In this document: piece after piece, positions 57,226 through 64,000 of the stretch | How the letters are laid out: each line of letters opens with the position of its first letter | Position numbering within the stretch: position 1 is the first letter of the stretch | Notes under the pieces: model-generated | The model's database searches: none | Told to the model about the DNA's origin: nothing | Seen by the model: only the letters and a program-made list of their open reading frames with translations | Origin: the human T2T-CHM13v2.0 reference genome, Homo sapiens | Direction: 5' to 3' (one strand) | Length of the DNA: 64,000 bases | NCBI RefSeq assembly: GCF_009914755.1 | Contig: NC_060947.1 | Made by a program: the position numbers and the translations under genes

Positions 57226-59575
57226 GTAATAATGCAATAGCAGCTTTTATTCTATAGTAGGAATAGCAGAAAAATATTAAATGAAAGATCATCCATAGAT
57301 GTCAAAAGTCATGTGAGTTTTAGTATATCTTCTAAGTTGATTATTTTAATAAAAGGTAAGAGGTAAAGAGGTTTTCTTATTAACATAACATCAATTTTTC
57401 TTGCCCCCACTAAATAAATGCTGAACAAATATTTTAAGCAAGCGTATGAAGGAGCATCAAATAGTAGCTTGTCTTGAACAAGGTGTCCCCAGTGTGTTTC
57501 CTAGACTCATTGAAAAGAAGCAACCTTACGTATGTTAATCCCATGTGGTTAATTTCTGGCCTCCATGTTTAATTGATCTCTCATACTAGGGCCTCTAGCC
57601 ACCGTCCTCCAAGGTTGTGCATGAAACCAGAACCCTACAGTTTTGTCTGAAGCACACTGCTTGTCCTACATTTTTGGCCCCCAGGCTGCATATCACGCAA
57701 CCCTATTTTTCATTAACTTCTGGTCTGAGGGGGAAGGTACTGAAAAAAGGAAGAGCTGTACTTGAATAATGTTACTGTCACACAAAAAAAGGGGAAAGGG
57801 AGGGAGGGAGGGAAAAGACCTGGCCTCCATTCCCGGGTCTCAGATGAGGATGCCTGGTGGTAGTTTCCCTTGTAGGAGGGATAGGCAGGGTAATCAAGGG
57901 AAGGAAAGAGAGAGAGGCATGTGGCGAAAAAGGGAAGTGAGAGTTGAGGGATTACACTAGTGCTGCATGCAGGGGAAGGGACAGTAACTAACAGAGGTTT
58001 GGAAGTCAGGCAACCTGACTTCTAATACCACCTCTACCGCTACTTATAGAATCCGAGGGCCTTCCCTGAGTATCCTTGGAACTGAAAAATGCAGACATTT
58101 GATCAGATTAATTCTGAGGTCCCTTCTAGCTTGACTGTTCCACAAACATTTTGTCTCTGGCAGGGAATGGAGGAGTATACACAGCCCTGAACGTGTCACT
58201 GAGCTTCAAGAAGACAAAGACTGTGTCTGCCTGACACCTGGATGCCTGTGAACACAAAAGATCTTCTCTGAGGGTTTATTGGGAGCTTGTGACATAGGCC
58301 TAAAATGTGGAAAATCCTGTGACAACAGGATACCCTGTCACCCTAAGCAGATGTAAGCTTAATTTTCTTCACAGCAAGATAATGAGCAATAGAATAGAAC
58401 CTAACAAAGCAATTTTGGATGAGGGCTTAACACAATCAACTGCCATGGTGTTCCAGCCATTTATTTACAGGATTTAAACGTCTTTCCTCCAAAGCCGGGA
58501 CTCCTGCCAGATAACCTGTGTAATGGACCTAGTGCAATGACCTACACCAAATGGCTAACAATTTTGTCCAGCCCATGGGCTTTGCGAGTGGGGCTCATCT
58601 CTTGGCTCTGGCTAAGTATGCAGCTACATTCCCGATGATGTGGCAACATTTTAGGCTCTGGTTTCCAGGAGAGAGCTGAGACACAGCTATTCTCAGGCCT
58701 TGGGAACCACCGCTTTGAGAAACAAGTTAGGAAAATGCAGAGGACCTTACGTCCCGGGGGAAACTCACAGAAGTTTTGGGGCATCTTTATAATATTTGTC
58801 AATGAAAGGGAAAGGAACATTCCTTTGAAAGGCAAACACAGAACTTGCTCTGTTCCCAACTTATGCCTCCAAGGCTGTGTGAGGAGATTCTTCTGAAGTC
58901 TACACATCGCTGTCCATTAGAGCATCTCTATTAGACAGACATTTTAATTTCTTCATTGGGATGAAACTTTTTACACAGTAGATACTGCGACTTTGTAATG
59001 TTTGTATGAACTGAAGCTGGAATTAAAACAACAAATCTGAAGCCATGGTCTTTTTCATCACTTTTATATAAATTACTCAGAGTTCCAGATTGCAATTCAT
59101 CTATATATTTTTACAGGTGAAGCATGAATTTAAAAAAAAATTTAAAAAGTGGTTTCACTCATTTAAAAAACTGTTGAATTGGTTAGTTGGTTACTGGTTA
59201 AAAGAAAAATTATTTAGGGCCTTTTATATGCCAGGCAGTATGCTAGGTAAATCATCCCTCCCTTCTATGAACACTTATTCTGGAAGAAAAAAAATGTATT
59301 TAAACACAGAATTCAATTACCAAGTGATGAATACTCTAATAAAGACAGACACAATACACTACAAAGTCATGGAGTCTGGAGGGCCTCTGTCTCCTGGAGA
59401 AAGAATGGAGAGACAGGAGGCAGGAGAGAAGGATGATTTCACAGAGGATATCTCATTTGAATTTTCTGTTAATTAATGGGTAAACTATCGAAAGCTATTC
59501 TGCGCAGCCCATTAAAAGGTACTCTGTTGGCTCAAGCTTGACAGTGTGTGAGGAAGAAGAAAGAGATCTTATGAC

Positions 59576-59724
59576 TAGGGTTGCCTTATAAAATACAGGA
59601 TACCATTTACATTTTGTATAAGCAATCGATACTTTTCAGTATTTTTTGTTGTAGTATTTGGGACATAGTTATGCTTAGAATTCTGGATGTTTCATATTTT
59701 TATTTGCTAATTCTTGGGATCCTA
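59576..59724. mobile_element. MER53-like hAT MITE
   Basis: TAGGGTTGCC...ATAAAATACAGGA start with a degenerate right end. Confidence 0.6.
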
Positions 59725-60329
59725 GTTATGACTGGAATGTGGAAGAAAACAATACCAGCTGAATATGATTTGAAGAGTTTTGTGTGCCATGACATGGAGT
59801 TTTGAACTTATTCTACAGGGATAAACACTTTTGAAAAGAGTTTATACAAAGTTGACTTTAGAAGGATTAGAGTCAAAGGGGGACTTGAAACCATTAAGAA
59901 GTCAAGCCCCAGTAATGGCATGAACAGAGCTCATTCTGCTTTCCAAATATCTAATCTGCAGTAGATACTTAGTGGCTGGAATCACCTCTGACATGGCTGA
60001 CCTGTGACAGCTATTTCATCTGCACATTGCCAATATCTCTGTGCTTAGGAGATTCTCTAAAGCGCGGCATAATTTTTCTTGGATTTCCCCTTTCCTGTTT
60101 CATTAACCCTATTCTTTCACTCTTACATTTGAGGATGAACTTCTCTGCTTCCAATTTCTTGTCTTACATTCTGTTCTTGAGTGTATTTAAACTAACACTT
60201 TATCCTTTTCCATTTCTTCCAAAAAGTAAGGATAAATGGTCCTTGATTTATTTGCAAGCTACTTCTTTCCCTGAAAAAGTTTGGGTGATCCTTAGCATCA
60301 GGGTTTAGTATGACTAAAAGAAAAATATG

Positions 60330-60863
60330 TATTAGTTATTGTACAAGATAACTTGAATGATCTTTTAAATTTTACAGTTCATATGTGAAAGAAACTTGGC
60401 AGGGTCTTCCTAAATTGGACAATAAATTGTAATAATTTATGTGACATCACCAATAATAAGTTGAAAATGTAAAATAAACTTTTCTAAACTATCAATGATA
60501 GAAGTCAAATTTTAATCAACAATGCTGGGGGAAAGAGTAAATTATTTTCTGATGCTCTCACATGAAGAGGTGCTGAAAGAGGATGCATCCAGAAAGATAG
60601 AAAAAATTATTTCAGACACTGTATATTCTAGTATTGCAGAGATGGTTCATTATTAAGAAAACATTCTGCTTATTTTTTTCAATTTTTGTGATGTATGTGG
60701 TTATCTGTCATCTTTTTAAAAACGTATAATTTGTTATGATTTCCTTTCTTTCTATAATCATGTTCATACCTAATTTTATATTTGTCCTGTTATATTCTTT
60801 GACTTAAAGAAAACTGCCAAATTAGAATGTGCTTCAAGTTTCAGAAAACCAGATCTACCTCTG
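60330..60863 (+). mobile_element. Zaphod/MER115-like hAT-Tip100 3' fragment
   Basis: Decayed hAT dimerisation-domain-like stretch (tctaaactatcaatgata...tcaacaatgctgggggaaaga) and terminal aaaaccagatctacctctg. Confidence 0.55.
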
Positions 60864-61130
60864 CTTATTCTTTTACCTTTATTGAGTATAGAAAACCATT
60901 TCATTCAGTATCCTAAAATAACTAATTTGGTATAGGCATTGCAAATCTCTTCTTTTACTTTGAAGACCCCATCGTTTCTAACAGATGTAAAAACAAAAAG
61001 AAAACAAAAATAAAAAATGATTTTATCTGACTTATAAGTAGTACATTAAAACTAGTTGAGTTTTTGATCTAAAATTTAAAAATAATTAGCCGAGTTTCTG
61101 ATAGAACAACATTTTACAATTTCTTTGCTT

Positions 61131-62926
<1,796 letters not shown>

Positions 62927-64000
62927 TGATGGTTTGAGTAATCCTTTAGGGTTTTACCCTTTACATGCCATTAAATTGTCATAATTAATCATCATGCAAC
63001 AGGTTGTAACATGTAAAGTGACAATTTAGAGGCTGATACAGAAGAATAGCGAATAACAGGGGTTTAGTTTTTATGCATCATTTCTTCAGGAAAACACATC
63101 ATGAGGGGAAATAGCTTTGAATAAGTTCAGTGAAGGTTGCCATTTAGTTAATTAACTTAACCATTTTCATTAGCAGACTCAGTATTGACTTTAGAATACT
63201 GTCTGCTTAATTTCTTCCAAACAATGAATATGTATGAAACACCACCAAAGGTAAAGTGAAAATGAAGACAATATAGGTAAAATGTAAAAATTAAATTATT
63301 AAAATATATCAGAAAAGTATGTGGAATACATTTATAAACTTATATTCAATTGCAGTGTGCTCCTCCAAACTTTTAAGATATGACCTTGGCATAGGCACAT
63401 TATTTCAGCTGCTTAGCACAGGATTTGTAATAATCTCAATTTTATAAGAAAATGCATTTCTAAATTGGTTGGAGAAGGCTAAAACAATGCATAAATCCAG
63501 TGCACTGAATATAATTTTCTGCTTCAACTGACGATCTAGTCTTTTGAAGAACAGGCTTTTTTTTTTTTAACCATTTTTGGCCATATTCATTTTCTGCAAC
63601 TTCATGTTGGAATAAATAAAATCAGCAGGTGCCTATTGATTTTTGGAGGGAGAAATCTCATTCGTAAGACTGAAAAAAAGTGAAGTCCATCATAACCAAC
63701 TGATGAACAAATACGTGTGAAAATTGAAGAAAATAATAACGTAGAAACAAAGGGTAAATATCGATACAACTATTTAATATGACTGATTTTCAAATCTGGA
63801 TTTGTTGTCTCTAGGAGTTGGAAGGTGGGAAGGCCTGCAAAATTTTTTTTATTAATTTAAAATAGGACGATATACATTCCATACAGCGATTATTTATTTT
63901 CTTAACCATAACAGTCTTAACTAGAGCACACAGCAGAATCAATTGGGTAGGAGTTTTTGTTTTATTTTGTTTTAATATGTATATCCAAGCTCCATACCAG

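Overview
Human (hominoid) X-chromosomal DNA from the dystrophin (DMD) gene, which is transcribed on the minus strand. The window holds exon 48 (39405-39590, 186 nt) and exon 49 (924-1025, 102 nt). Both are phase-0 exons with canonical AG/GT ends. It also holds all of intron 48 (1026-39404) and parts of introns 47 and 49, inside the central rod-domain deletion hotspot. The rest is AT-rich intron full of transposon relics: a near full-length Tigger1 with nested L1 and Alu, several Alus/FLAMs, a young twin-primed (5'-inverted) L1, solo LTRs (THE1, MER31-, LTR2- and MLT1-like), a 3' ERV1 proviral remnant, hAT/Tigger MITEs and microsatellites. Almost all ORF-track entries are spurious or repeat-derived. 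I see no convincing new gene or novel system. The best second-look items are a latent 72-nt poison pseudoexon in the THE1 LTR, an unexplained duplicated and inverted ~45-90 bp hairpin unit, an apparent Alu-recombination deletion scar, a 36-bp micro-L1 and a 54-bp templated duplication. Repeat subfamily names come from recalled consensus sequences, not a database search.
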